A program made the translations under genes and the position numbers. From assembly GCA_017518295.1 (NCBI GenBank), contig JAFWVJ010000020.1:131320-195319 (forward strand): DNA of 64,000 bases. Reading direction: 5' to 3'. The stretch's first letter is position 1; each line of letters starts with the position of its first letter. Shown here one piece after another: positions 9,032-19,159 of the stretch. Source of the stretch: Clostridia bacterium. Its GTDB lineage: Bacteria; Bacillota; Clostridia; TANB77; UBA1234. The notes beneath the pieces are model-generated. The model ran no database searches and was not told the DNA's origin. It worked only from the letters and a program-made list of their open reading frames with translations.

Positions 9032-10645
9032 ATGAAGAAAATTTCTAAGATATTTGTTGTCGCATTATTAATGTGGGTTTTGATGGCTTCATGTGTATTT
9101 GCAGGAGATAGGTTTATTGAGACTAAAACATATACATATAGAAACGATGGAACTCATGAGATAAATAAAGCCTATATAGAAGTTTTTGTTGGGCAAAAAG
9201 ATACTGTTAGATATGAGAAAGATGAGTACTTAAAAGTTTCTCCAACACCGGATGAAATGGTAAAAGATGAATATGGAAATCTTTATGCTCATTATGATGT
9301 TTCATCATATAAACCTGGTCGTTCTATTACTATAAAAATAGAAAGAGCTTATGAAATGAGCGATTACAAAGAAGATATAGCCACTCGTAGTGAATCTACT
9401 TCTAATAGAGAAAATGAGCTTTATCTAAAAGCTCAAAAAAGAGTAGAAAGTGACAATGCTCAAATTATTTCAAAAGCTAAAGAATTAACTTTTGGTTTAT
9501 CTTCAGACTATAAGAGAGCTAAAGCAATCTTTGAGTATGTAAATACAAATATGAAATATAACACAGGTGCTACTTATGCTAATAAAGGTGCTCTTTCTGC
9601 ATTAACAAGTTTAAATGGTGTTTGTGAAGAATATGCTACTTTGTTTGCTGCACTTTGTAGATCTGTAGACATTCCAACAAAAGTAATTCAAGGTTATAGA
9701 ACTGAAAAAGTTGAAAAAGAAGCAGCTTCTTCATATATTGAACCAACAACAGGAGAAACTGTAATTGTGCCTGCTAAAGTAGAATACAAAGTTATTCCTC
9801 ATGTATGGAATGAAATATATTTTGATGACTATGGTTGGGTTCCAGTAGACTCATGCATTGTATACTCTGGAAAAGATGGAAAGAAACTAGCTTATTTTGA
9901 TTCTTTCTGTAAAATTGAAGGTGCTGAATATGTTGCAGATGGTATTTACAATATAGAAAAGCCAGAAATTTCATATAACAGCAATTTCAAAGAGATTGAA
10001 ACTAAAAAAGAAATCATTCCATTAGCAAATGGAAGTGGCGATGAAATTGTTGCACATAGATTTTTAGATGTTGAAGGATATAAATGGGCAGAAGATTCTA
10101 TTAATACTTTATATAATATGAATGTTATTAAGGGATATTCAGATACCGAATTTGGTCCTGCTGGAAACATTACTAGAATAGAATTTATAACAATGCTTTC
10201 AAGAGTACTTAAAAATTTAAATTATAATCCTGATACATCAGGAATGATTTATTACTTCTTAGATTATGATAAGAATCATTATTCAAAAAGAGAATATGAT
10301 TTCTTAATGAGATGTTTAGAAGATGCAAATCCAGGAGATAGATTTGCAGTAGGCTACTATGCAATGAGCAATATTTTTGGTAGCTCGCTACAAATGAATA
10401 AAGCAATTACTAGGGAAGAAGTAGTTGCACTTATGGATAGTTTCTTACAATACAAAGCTGATTATTCTTATACATTTAATGATATAGCTGCAAGTAAATT
10501 CCAAACAAGCATAATTAAAGGTGCTACTAATGGATTGATAAAAGGATATGAAGATGGTTCTTTTAGACCACAAAATCCAATTACTAGAGCAGAAATAGCA
10601 GTTATATTAGATAGATATATTGGCGAAAAAGATTTTGTAATATAG
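9032..10645 (+). CDS. secreted transglutaminase-like cysteine protease domain protein with C-terminal SLH domains
   Basis: Signal peptide. Transglutaminase-core-like segment …LNGVCEEYATLFAALCRSVDIPTKVIQGY…HVWNEIYFDDYGWVPVDS (Cys/His/Asp). The C-terminal repeats …FGPAGNITRIEFITMLSRVL… and …FRPQNPITRAEIAVILDRYI fit the SLH consensus. Confidence 0.75.
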   Translation: MKKISKIFVVALLMWVLMASCVFAGDRFIETKTYTYRNDGTHEINKAYIEVFVGQKDTVRYEKDEYLKVSPTPDEMVKDEYGNLYAHYDVSSYKPGRSITIKIERAYEMSDYKEDIATRSESTSNRENELYLKAQKRVESDNAQIISKAKELTFGLSSDYKRAKAIFEYVNTNMKYNTGATYANKGALSALTSLNGVCEEYATLFAALCRSVDIPTKVIQGYRTEKVEKEAASSYIEPTTGETVIVPAKVEYKVIPHVWNEIYFDDYGWVPVDSCIVYSGKDGKKLAYFDSFCKIEGAEYVADGIYNIEKPEISYNSNFKEIETKKEIIPLANGSGDEIVAHRFLDVEGYKWAEDSINTLYNMNVIKGYSDTEFGPAGNITRIEFITMLSRVLKNLNYNPDTSGMIYYFLDYDKNHYSKREYDFLMRCLEDANPGDRFAVGYYAMSNIFGSSLQMNKAITREEVVALMDSFLQYKADYSYTFNDIAASKFQTSIIKGATNGLIKGYEDGSFRPQNPITRAEIAVILDRYIGEKDFVI

Positions 10646-10721
10646 ATGCTACTATGGAGTTAAGATTGTAAGAATATGCAATTTTGACTCCATACATTTT
10701 CTAATTTTTACGGAGGATAAA

Positions 10722-11612
10722 ATGTCATTCTATAAGATGATTGCAATTGATATAGATGGCACATTATTAAATTCTAAAAGTGAATTAACTAAAAGAACAA
10801 TAGATATTTTAAAAGAAGCCTCCGAAAGAGGAGTGTATATAGTTCTTACTTCTGGAAGAATATCTACAAATGTTAAGAACTTTTGTAATAAAATAGGTGC
10901 TAATCAATATTTAATTGCTGAAAATGGTGCTTCAGTTATTAATCTGAAGACAAATGAAGTAGAATACTCAAGGTACATACCAAAAGATGTTGTAAATAAA
11001 GTGCTAGATATTTGTGAAGAAAATAGCATTTATTATATGGTTTATACTCAAAAAGAATTGATTGTTAAGAATATAAAATATATGTCATTATTCTTTTATA
11101 AACAAAATTACAATCCAAATGCTAGAATCAAACAAGTAGTTGCTGGAAGAGATTATATAGACCAGTGTGATGAGAAGTTTACAAAGCTCATGATATGTGA
11201 TGAAGATAGATCTATATACAAAAGTATTATTAAAAAACTAAGAAAAATTGATGGAATAGATATATTACCTGTGCCACATGTTTCGACAAAAAAAATCAAT
11301 AACAACGGAAAAGAATTTGAGATACAATATAGCTATGCAGATATATCTGCAGCTGGTGCAAATAAATGGACTGCAATACAATTTCTTGCAAATAAACTTG
11401 GAATAAAGCAAGAAGAGATAATTGCAATAGGAGATAATATAAATGATCTTCATATGATTCACAATGCTGGATTAGGTGTTGCTATGGAAAATGGTTCACC
11501 TTATGTTAGAAAGGTCGCAAATGTAGTTGCTCCTTCAAATGATAAAGATGGAGTAGCTCAAATAGTAGAAAAATATGTTTTAAGATGGAGACTATTTTTA
11601 AGAAGACAATAA
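10722..11612 (+). CDS. Cof-type HAD-IIB family hydrolase
   Basis: MIAIDIDGTLLNS (DxDGT motif) and C-terminal GDNINDLHMI motif. GGAGG RBS. Confidence 0.8.
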   Translation: MSFYKMIAIDIDGTLLNSKSELTKRTIDILKEASERGVYIVLTSGRISTNVKNFCNKIGANQYLIAENGASVINLKTNEVEYSRYIPKDVVNKVLDICEENSIYYMVYTQKELIVKNIKYMSLFFYKQNYNPNARIKQVVAGRDYIDQCDEKFTKLMICDEDRSIYKSIIKKLRKIDGIDILPVPHVSTKKINNNGKEFEIQYSYADISAAGANKWTAIQFLANKLGIKQEEIIAIGDNINDLHMIHNAGLGVAMENGSPYVRKVANVVAPSNDKDGVAQIVEKYVLRWRLFLRRQ

Positions 11613-11614
11613 AA

Positions 11615-11648
11615 ACAAAAGCCACTAATTAATTAGTGGCTTTTTTAG
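11615..11648. terminator. bidirectional rho-independent terminator
   Basis: AAAGCCACTAATTAATTAGTGGCTTT hairpin flanked by A/T runs, lying between convergent genes. Confidence 0.7.
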
Positions 11649-11917
11649 TATGGTAAACTAGCAAAGCTAGTTTTTTCTAATGCAGAACTATCTATGTAAT
11701 TATTTTCTACCATATAATTTTCGATTATTGTTGGTGAAACACCGGTTTGAGAAGAAACAGCAGTAACTGAATTTAAGTTTGCACCGTTACCTTCGAAATA
11801 ATCTTTCAAAATGGTTTTATTGTAACTAAGCGTATTAGCACAAGTATTGCAAAAATCACTTTCAGAATTAATGAAAGCACCACAATTTTTACATTTCTTT
11901 AATTCCATAGAACTCAC
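11645..11917 (-). CDS. small zinc-ribbon protein, function unknown
   Basis: CKNCGAFINSESDFCNTC (CxxC…CxxC). 90 aa. Confidence 0.4.
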   Translation of the reverse strand: MSSMELKKCKNCGAFINSESDFCNTCANTLSYNKTILKDYFEGNGANLNSVTAVSSQTGVSPTIIENYMVENNYIDSSALEKTSFASLPY

Positions 11918-12014
11918 CTCTCTAATAAAATTATAACATAATGCTAGTGAATTGCAAGAAATTGATTTATAATTATGATGAAAAAGTAAGATTTAAAGAG
12001 GAGAGAATAAAGAA

Positions 12015-14237
12015 TTGATAGCAGAAGTAATAGTTAACTCTTCAGCCGCAGAATTGAATAGAGTATTTGACTATAAAGTTCCAGATGGATATACAATTGG
12101 TCAAAATATAGATATAGGTTATAGAGTTCTTGTATCTTTTGCTAACTACAAAAACCTTGAAATAGGCTATATCATTGGGTTCAAAGAGACATCGGAATTT
12201 AAATGTAAAGCAATATCAAGAGTGTGCGATAGAGCATTTGATTTAGATAAATATGAATTAGCAAAATGGATGGCAAGAAGATATTTCTGCAATCTATCAG
12301 ATACTCTTAGACTTTTAGTTCCTCCTGGAACCAAAACAGATATAGACAAAGTTAAAATTAAATACGAAAGATGGGTACGACTAACAAAAGAATATTTAAG
12401 TAACATAAATCAAGAAAATGAAACCAAAAAGTTTACCATAAGATCTGAAAAACAAAAAAGAGTTATTGAATTTTTATTAGATAATAAAGAAATTCCAGCT
12501 GGGATTTTATACGATGTTACGGATTCAAATAGTCAAGTTATAAAGGCTTTAGAAGATAAAAACATTTGTGAATCATTTGAGATGGAAGTTTTAAGAAATC
12601 CATTTCTAAATAAAGTGGTTAAAAGAACCGAAAAACTAGAATTAACAAAAAAGCAATCAGAAGTATTAAATGGTATTGATTTTACAAATTATAATTCTTA
12701 TCTTATTCATGGAGTTACTGGAAGTGGTAAGACAGAAATATATTTGCAATTAATTGAAAAGGTTATTAATAGTGGGAAAAATGCAATTGTTTTAGTGCCA
12801 GAGATTTCGCTTACTCCACAAATTACAAATAGATTCTTAAGTAGATTTGGTAGAATAATTGCTATTTTACATAGCAAACTTTCAAATGGTGAAAGATTTG
12901 ATGAATGGAGAAGAATACAAAATAAAGAAGCCAGAATTGTTATAGGTGCTAGATCTGCTTTATTTGCTCCTATTAGTAACGTTGGAGTAATCATAATTGA
13001 TGAAGAACATGATAGTTCATATAAATCTGAAAATACGCCAAAATATGATGCAAGAGATGTAGCTACAAAAATGGCTAAACTTTATAACATTCCACTAGTA
13101 TTAGGATCTGCTACTCCAGATGTAAGAACTTATTATGAAGCAACAAATAATACTCAAAATATGAAACTATTTGAGTTAAAAGAAAGAATTCCTGGAGCAG
13201 TTATGCCAGATGTAAAAGTTGTTGATTTAAGAAAAGAATTAGCAAACGGAAATAAGACTGTTTTTAGTGAAGAGTTATATAAAGAAATAAAAAAGAATTT
13301 AGAAAATAAAGAGCAAATCATACTTTTCTTAAATAGAAGAGGCTATTCAACTTTTATCATGTGTAGAGATTGTGGATATGTAATTAAATGTGATAACTGT
13401 GATGTTGCAATGACTTATCATATAACAAAAAATAAACTAATGTGCCATTATTGTGGAGCAGAAAAGAAACCTGTTCAAATTTGCCCTAGCTGTGGTGGAG
13501 AAAATATAAGATATTTTGGTACAGGTACTCAAAAAATAGAAGCACAAATAAATAAAGTTTTTCCAGAAGCTAGTGTTATTAGGATGGATGTTGATACTAC
13601 TACTACAAAAAATGCGCATGAAATTATATTAAATAAGTTTAGAGATGAAAAAATAGATATTTTGCTAGGCACACAAATGATTACTAAGGGACATGATTTT
13701 GAAAATGTTACTTTGGTAGGCGTTTTAGCTGCAGATAGTTCTATAAATATAGGAGATTATAGAGCTCAAGAAAGAACATTCCAATTATTAACTCAAGTGG
13801 CTGGGAGAAGCGGAAGAGGAGAAAAAAAGGGTAGAGCTATAATCCAAACATACATGCCTGATGAATTTAGCATTATAACAGCCCAAAAACAGGACTATAA
13901 GAGGTTCTATGAGCAAGAAATAAAAGTTAGAGAAAAGTTGAAATATCCCCCATTTTGCGATATAATGGTTGCAGTTGTTGTAGGTAAAAAAGAAGCAGAA
14001 ATAATCGATGATGCAAACAAGATTTATAATATTTTTAAGAGTCATTTTGATGTTTTTGCTCCAATGCCAGCTCCAATTTCAAAAATTAACGATAATTACA
14101 GATGGAGAGTATTAATTAAGGCAAAAGTTACCGATAATGATATAGATATTATTAATTATTGTTTGGAGAGCTTTGAAAAGAGCAAACATAAAGACACTAA
14201 ACTTAATTTTGATATTAATCCAAACAACATGATGTAA
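12015..14237 (+). CDS. priA: primosomal protein N-prime (replication restart helicase PriA), TTG start
   Basis: Walker A GVTGSGKTE, DEEHD box and CxxC…CxxC zinc-binding insert. AAAGAGGAGAG RBS. Confidence 0.9.
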   Translation: MIAEVIVNSSAAELNRVFDYKVPDGYTIGQNIDIGYRVLVSFANYKNLEIGYIIGFKETSEFKCKAISRVCDRAFDLDKYELAKWMARRYFCNLSDTLRLLVPPGTKTDIDKVKIKYERWVRLTKEYLSNINQENETKKFTIRSEKQKRVIEFLLDNKEIPAGILYDVTDSNSQVIKALEDKNICESFEMEVLRNPFLNKVVKRTEKLELTKKQSEVLNGIDFTNYNSYLIHGVTGSGKTEIYLQLIEKVINSGKNAIVLVPEISLTPQITNRFLSRFGRIIAILHSKLSNGERFDEWRRIQNKEARIVIGARSALFAPISNVGVIIIDEEHDSSYKSENTPKYDARDVATKMAKLYNIPLVLGSATPDVRTYYEATNNTQNMKLFELKERIPGAVMPDVKVVDLRKELANGNKTVFSEELYKEIKKNLENKEQIILFLNRRGYSTFIMCRDCGYVIKCDNCDVAMTYHITKNKLMCHYCGAEKKPVQICPSCGGENIRYFGTGTQKIEAQINKVFPEASVIRMDVDTTTTKNAHEIILNKFRDEKIDILLGTQMITKGHDFENVTLVGVLAADSSINIGDYRAQERTFQLLTQVAGRSGRGEKKGRAIIQTYMPDEFSIITAQKQDYKRFYEQEIKVREKLKYPPFCDIMVAVVVGKKEAEIIDDANKIYNIFKSHFDVFAPMPAPISKINDNYRWRVLIKAKVTDNDIDIINYCLESFEKSKHKDTKLNFDINPNNMM

Positions 14238-14256
14238 TTGATTAGAGGGGAAAGAA

Positions 14257-14763
14257 ATGGCAATAAGACAAATTAGGGAAATAGGAGACGAGCTACTTAG
14301 AAAAAAATCACGTCCATATGAAAAAGTCGATGATAAAGCTAGAGAATTATTGCAAGATTTATATGATACATTAAAGCAAACTGATGATGGAGTCGGACTT
14401 GCTGCACCACAAGTGGGAGTTTTGAGAAGAGCTATAGTGGTTGATTTAAGTATGGATGAAGAAAATCCACAAGGTCCATTTAAACTAATAAATCCTGTAA
14501 TAGTTAAAAAAAGCGGTTCACAAGTTTGTAGAGAAGGCTGCTTAAGTATTCCTGGAAAACTAGGTGACGTTGAAAGACCAAAAAAAGTTACAGTAGAAGC
14601 TTTAGATGAAAATGGAAAGAAAATAACTATAAAAGCAGATGGATTGCTTGCAGTTGTTTTGTGCCATGAAATAGACCACTTAGATGGAGTGTTATTTGTA
14701 GATAGAGCAACAGAACTATTTAATGCTGAAGATGTTGAAAACGAAGAAAATGAAAGCAAATAG
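14257..14763 (+). CDS. def: peptide deformylase
   Basis: The three PDF motifs are present: GVGLAAPQVG, EGCLSIPG and HEIDHLDG. Confidence 0.92.
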   Translation: MAIRQIREIGDELLRKKSRPYEKVDDKARELLQDLYDTLKQTDDGVGLAAPQVGVLRRAIVVDLSMDEENPQGPFKLINPVIVKKSGSQVCREGCLSIPGKLGDVERPKKVTVEALDENGKKITIKADGLLAVVLCHEIDHLDGVLFVDRATELFNAEDVENEENESK

Positions 14764-14792
14764 AAATAATTGAAAGGAATAATATATGAATA

Positions 14793-15737
14793 TTGTTTTT
14801 ATGCGGTACTCCAGATTTTGCTTTAGAAACATTAAAAGCAATTTTTGAAGCAGGCCACAATATATTAGCAGTAGTTTCGCAAGCAGATAAAAAGGTAGGA
14901 AGAGGAATGAAAGTTCAGATGACACCTACCAAAGAATTTGCTGTTGAAAAAGGCATCAAGGTACTGCAACCTGAGAAAATTAGAAAAAATGAAGAATTCA
15001 TAGCAGAGATTAGAAATCTTAATCCAGATATAATAGTTGTTGTTGCTTATGGAAAGATTTTACCAAAAGAGATTTTGGAAATTCCAAGACTTGGATGCAT
15101 GAATGTTCATGGATCACTTCTTCCAAAGTATAGAGGCGCAGCTCCAATACAATGGGCAATAATAAATGGAGAAGATAAGACTGGTATTACTACCATGAAA
15201 ATGGATGAAGGAATGGATACTGGTGATATGTATCTTACAAAAGAGGTTGTTATAGAAAAAGATGATACGTATGGTACTCTATATGAAAAACTAAAATTAG
15301 AAGGCGCTAAACTTGCAGTTGAAACACTTGAAAAAATTAATGATGGAACAATTGAATCAACCAAACAACCAGATGATTTTACTATTGCTCCAATGATTTT
15401 CAAAGAGGATTGCAAGATAGACTTTAATAAATCTGCAAAAGAAATAACAAATTTAGTAAGAGGAGTTAATCCTGCACCTGGTGCATGGTTTAATATAGAA
15501 GACCAAATCTTTAAGGTTTGGAAAACAGACTACGTTCAGTTTGATGATTTAGAAATGGCTAATGAAGATGCGGTTCCAGGAACAATACTAGTTTCTGATA
15601 GTAAAAAAGGACTTTATATTTCTACAAAAGATGGAATCCTTAGTATTCTGGAAATTCAAGCTCCAAACATGAAAAAAATGGAGATTAAAGAATACTTAAG
15701 AGGTCATTCAATAAAAGAAAAAATAGTTGTTGGCTAA
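14793..15737 (+). CDS. fmt: methionyl-tRNA formyltransferase (N-terminus disrupted by an apparent 1-nt insertion; usable TTG start at 14793)
   Basis: GTPDFALETLKAIFEAGHNILAVVSQADK… and HGSLLPKYRGAAPIQWAI are Fmt motifs. ATG at 14786 encodes MNIVFM in the other frame. Together the two frames reconstitute the canonical MNIVFMGTPDFA if C14804 is removed. Confidence 0.85.
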   Translation: MFLCGTPDFALETLKAIFEAGHNILAVVSQADKKVGRGMKVQMTPTKEFAVEKGIKVLQPEKIRKNEEFIAEIRNLNPDIIVVVAYGKILPKEILEIPRLGCMNVHGSLLPKYRGAAPIQWAIINGEDKTGITTMKMDEGMDTGDMYLTKEVVIEKDDTYGTLYEKLKLEGAKLAVETLEKINDGTIESTKQPDDFTIAPMIFKEDCKIDFNKSAKEITNLVRGVNPAPGAWFNIEDQIFKVWKTDYVQFDDLEMANEDAVPGTILVSDSKKGLYISTKDGILSILEIQAPNMKKMEIKEYLRGHSIKEKIVVG

Positions 15738-15766
15738 GTTTTCTTAAAGAATAAGGAGGAAATAAT

Positions 15767-16240
15767 ATGGAAGAAGAAAAAGTTGTCGAAGTAAAAGCAG
15801 AAGATGTAAAAGTTGAAAACGAAGGACAAGAAGTTGTTTCTGAAAACGATATTAAAGGAATTAATATTTCTGAAGAAGTTGTTGCTACTATAGCGGGTAT
15901 CGCTGCTCAAGAAGTTAAAGGAGTTGCTTCTATGAATGCTAGCGGAATCGGAGAAATGTTTGGAAGAAAACCAAAGGGCGTAAAAGTTCAAGTTGGCGAA
16001 AAAGATACTGTAATAGATATATCACTTACAATAGAATATGGTGCAAGAATACCAGATATTGCTTGGGAAGTTCAAAATAAAGTAAAAACTCAAGTTGAGA
16101 GTATGACAGGATTAAATGTGGTTTCTGTAAATGTACATGTTCAAGGTGTTAATATGCCTAAGAAAAAAGGCGAGCAAAAAGCAATAGATGACAAAGTTGA
16201 AACAACAGTTGAAGAAGTAAAAGATAAAAAAGAAGAATAA
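15767..16240 (+). CDS. Asp23/Gls24-family alkaline shock protein
   Basis: …EVVATIAGIAAQEVKGVASM… is typical of the Asp23 family. Confidence 0.8.
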   Translation: MEEEKVVEVKAEDVKVENEGQEVVSENDIKGINISEEVVATIAGIAAQEVKGVASMNASGIGEMFGRKPKGVKVQVGEKDTVIDISLTIEYGARIPDIAWEVQNKVKTQVESMTGLNVVSVNVHVQGVNMPKKKGEQKAIDDKVETTVEEVKDKKEE

Positions 16241-16261
16241 TAATTAAAGGAGAGTGGGAGT

Positions 16262-16996
16262 ATGAGAATACTAGACAGAATCATTTCATTCATTTTTTCG
16301 ATAATAATGTTAGTGGTATCAATTATCCTAATTTTGGTAGGAATAGGAAGAATTGAACCAGCAATGATAATTGATTTCTTAAGTACCAATGTGTTTAATA
16401 AAGAAGTAATATCTTCTGGATTATTTAATCCAATTACAATTGCAGGTATTGTATTATTCTTAGCAGGTATTAAAACTACAGTTTTCTTATCTTTATTTAA
16501 GATAAAGAGTAGAGCTCCAATTGTAGTTAAAACAAAGAACGGTCAAATTCAAATTGCACAAGACACTATCACTAGTACTGCAAGAAATGCCACTCTTGCT
16601 TTTGATAATATTAAAGATGTTCAAACTAATATGGTTAAGAAAGGAAAGGGCGTTGTTATAAATGAGAACGTTCAAGTATATTCAAATACTAATATTAGAG
16701 AATTAACTGATGAAATTCAAAATGCAGTAAGAGAAAAAGTCACATCTACTACTGGTGTGGTTGTTAATCATGTAAATATTAAAGTTAAAAATATTTATGC
16801 AGGTAGAAAGAGAGAAACTTCTGATTATAAAGCTGCAAGTGCTGAAACTCCTTTATTTAAGAATGCTGATATCAATTTAGATGAAAAAGTTAATGAAACA
16901 ACTGTGAACGCACCTGTTAATGAAGAAGTAAATACTCCAGAAGTAGAAGAACAAGTTTCATCAAACGATACAAAAGAAGAGACAACTAATAATTAG
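16262..16996 (+). CDS. Asp23-associated membrane anchor protein (AmaP-like)
   Basis: N-terminal TM helices followed by an Asp23-like soluble region. Gene order asp23-amaP-DUF2273 matches the known module. Confidence 0.5.
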   Translation: MRILDRIISFIFSIIMLVVSIILILVGIGRIEPAMIIDFLSTNVFNKEVISSGLFNPITIAGIVLFLAGIKTTVFLSLFKIKSRAPIVVKTKNGQIQIAQDTITSTARNATLAFDNIKDVQTNMVKKGKGVVINENVQVYSNTNIRELTDEIQNAVREKVTSTTGVVVNHVNIKVKNIYAGRKRETSDYKAASAETPLFKNADINLDEKVNETTVNAPVNEEVNTPEVEEQVSSNDTKEETTNN

Positions 16997-17012
16997 GTAG
17001 GAGGTTTTTAAT

Positions 17013-17237
17013 ATGACATTTAAAGAATTTCTAGATAAATATTTAGGCATGATAATTGGTATTGTACTAGCAATTTTAATTATTGTGTTAGGCGGAGTAT
17101 ATGTTGTTAATTGTATTGCTTTAATTGTGCTTCTAGGATGGGCTGGAAAGTATATTCAAGGACATAAATCTTCTGTTAGAACAAAACTAAAAGGTGCAAT
17201 CGATCAAGTTCTAAAAGATGACGAAGACGATGAATAA
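17013..17237 (+). CDS. DUF2273-like small membrane protein
   Basis: 74 aa with two TM segments and an acidic tail. Typical third gene of the asp23 module. Confidence 0.5.
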   Translation: MTFKEFLDKYLGMIIGIVLAILIIVLGGVYVVNCIALIVLLGWAGKYIQGHKSSVRTKLKGAIDQVLKDDEDDE

Positions 17238-17257
17238 AAAAGGATGTGCGAAATTTT

Positions 17258-17671
17258 ATGAGTAGAACTACAGCAAGAGAATTGGCATTGAAAATTGTTT
17301 TTGAATTTTCGTTTCAAGATGAAGATGCAAAATCATTATATGAAAAATTTATTGATTCTCAAGAAGAATTAAATAGTGTGGACCAAGAAGATGAAAAGTT
17401 TATTTTAGAATTGATAGAAGGTATCAAATCTAATTTATCTAGTATAGATGAAAAAATAAAAGCACATCTTAAGGATTGGAATATAGAAAGAGTAAGCAAG
17501 GTCGATTTAGCTATTTTAAGACTAGCTATTTATGAGATTTTGTATAGGGAAGATATTCCGTTTAAAGTGTCTGTTAATGAAGCAGTTGAGCTTTCTAAAC
17601 AATATGGCGAAGACTCATCTCCAAGCTTTATTAACGGAGTGCTAGCAGAAATAATAAAAGAAAAAGAGTAA
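17258..17671 (+). CDS. nusB: transcription antitermination factor NusB
   Basis: MSRTTARELALKIVFEF… and the NusB fold signature. A GTG at 17246 is an alternative start. Confidence 0.85.
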   Translation: MSRTTARELALKIVFEFSFQDEDAKSLYEKFIDSQEELNSVDQEDEKFILELIEGIKSNLSSIDEKIKAHLKDWNIERVSKVDLAILRLAIYEILYREDIPFKVSVNEAVELSKQYGEDSSPSFINGVLAEIIKEKE

Positions 17672-17688
17672 AAATGGAGAGATGATAT

Positions 17689-18918
17689 TTGGAACAATTA
17701 AGCTTTGATTTAGATGATAAAAAACCATTTAGACCCACTCCACTTAGTGTAAGAGAACTGAATTTATATGTTAAAGATTTAGTAGATAGAGATGACTTTT
17801 TAAATAATGTATATGTTAAAGGCGAGATATCAAACTTTAAAAGGCATTATACAGGTCATCTATATTTTACTTTAAAAGATAAAGATTCACTTATAAAATG
17901 TGTAATGTTTAAATCATATACTAGCAACATTAAATTCGAACCACAAGATGGTATGCAAGTTGTTATATTAGGACAAGTTGCAGTATATGAAAGAGATGGT
18001 GTTTATCAAATATATGTTAAAGGAATGGAACAAGAAGGCTTAGGAGCATTATATGAAGCATATGAGAAACTTAAAGCTAAACTTGAAGCACAAGGACTAT
18101 TTGATGAAAGCCACAAAAAAGAAATACCACTTCTTCCTAAAGCAATTGGTGTAGTTACATCTAAAACCGGTGCAGTTATTAAAGATATTATTAATGTTAC
18201 TACTAGAAGATTTCCAAATGTAGTTATTAAATTATATCCATCTGCTGTTCAAGGAGTTGGAGCTGCCGAAACAATTGTAGAAGGAATTAAATATTTTAAC
18301 AAAGCAAAAAATGTAGATACAATTATTATTGCAAGAGGTGGAGGATCGTTAGAAGACTTATGGCCTTTTAATGAAGAAATTACAGCTCATGCAATCTATG
18401 AATCTGAAATCCCAATAATCTCGGCAGTAGGTCATGAAACAGATTTTACGATTGCAGATTTTGTGGCTGATTTAAGAGCTCCAACACCTTCTGCAGCAGG
18501 CGAACTTGCTGTGCCAGATTTAGAAGAATTAAAATGGAAGATTCAAAATATAAATCATAGACTTTCACTTTCACTAAATAAAAAGATTGAAAATATGAAA
18601 GCAAGATATGAAAAAGCGATGCGTTCTAAAGTTATGATGGATCCATTGTCTATGCTAAATGAAAGAAGATTAAAACAAGATTATTTAATTAAACAGTTAG
18701 CAAATAGTATTAAACTTGAATTAAAGAACAAAAAGATTGAACTTGTTAAAATTGTTTCTTCTTTAGATGGATTAAGTCCGTTAAAGACACTAACTAGAGG
18801 CTACGCTTTTGTAGAAAAAGAAGATGGAACTATTATTAAGTCAGCTAAAGATTTAGTAAAGAATGATGAAATAAAAATTACTTTAGCAGATGGCAATGTG
18901 GAGGCAAAAGTATTATGA
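17689..18918 (+). CDS. xseA: exodeoxyribonuclease VII large subunit
   Basis: OB-fold N-terminus (…VKGEISNFKRHYTGHLYFTLKD…) and the conserved XseA catalytic region. Confidence 0.9.
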   Translation: MEQLSFDLDDKKPFRPTPLSVRELNLYVKDLVDRDDFLNNVYVKGEISNFKRHYTGHLYFTLKDKDSLIKCVMFKSYTSNIKFEPQDGMQVVILGQVAVYERDGVYQIYVKGMEQEGLGALYEAYEKLKAKLEAQGLFDESHKKEIPLLPKAIGVVTSKTGAVIKDIINVTTRRFPNVVIKLYPSAVQGVGAAETIVEGIKYFNKAKNVDTIIIARGGGSLEDLWPFNEEITAHAIYESEIPIISAVGHETDFTIADFVADLRAPTPSAAGELAVPDLEELKWKIQNINHRLSLSLNKKIENMKARYEKAMRSKVMMDPLSMLNERRLKQDYLIKQLANSIKLELKNKKIELVKIVSSLDGLSPLKTLTRGYAFVEKEDGTIIKSAKDLVKNDEIKITLADGNVEAKVL

Positions 18919-19145
18919 AAAAAGATGAGAAATTAACATTTGAAGATGCAATGAATAGCTTAGAAGAGATTGTTGCAGAGCTTGAAAAAGGTGAGTTAAG
19001 CTTAGACCAATCTGTAGAAAAATTTAAAAAGGGTATGGAAATATCTAATTATTGTAATGATATGTTAGATTCTGCAGAAAAAAGTATAAAAGTATTACTT
19101 AAAGATCAAAATGGTGATATTGAAGAAGAACCTTTTGAGGCATAA
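18915..19145 (+). CDS. xseB: exodeoxyribonuclease VII small subunit
   Basis: 76 aa, FEDAMNSLEEIVAELEKGELSLDQSVEKFKKGMEL. Its start overlaps the xseA stop (ATGA). Confidence 0.85.
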   Translation: MKKDEKLTFEDAMNSLEEIVAELEKGELSLDQSVEKFKKGMEISNYCNDMLDSAEKSIKVLLKDQNGDIEEEPFEA

Positions 19146-19159
19146 ATTTGGAGGATAAA

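Noticed and set aside
14112-14759. 215-aa minus-strand ORF overlapping priA end and all of def
   Set aside because: Antisense to two strongly supported conserved genes. Low-complexity Ser-rich translation with no RBS.
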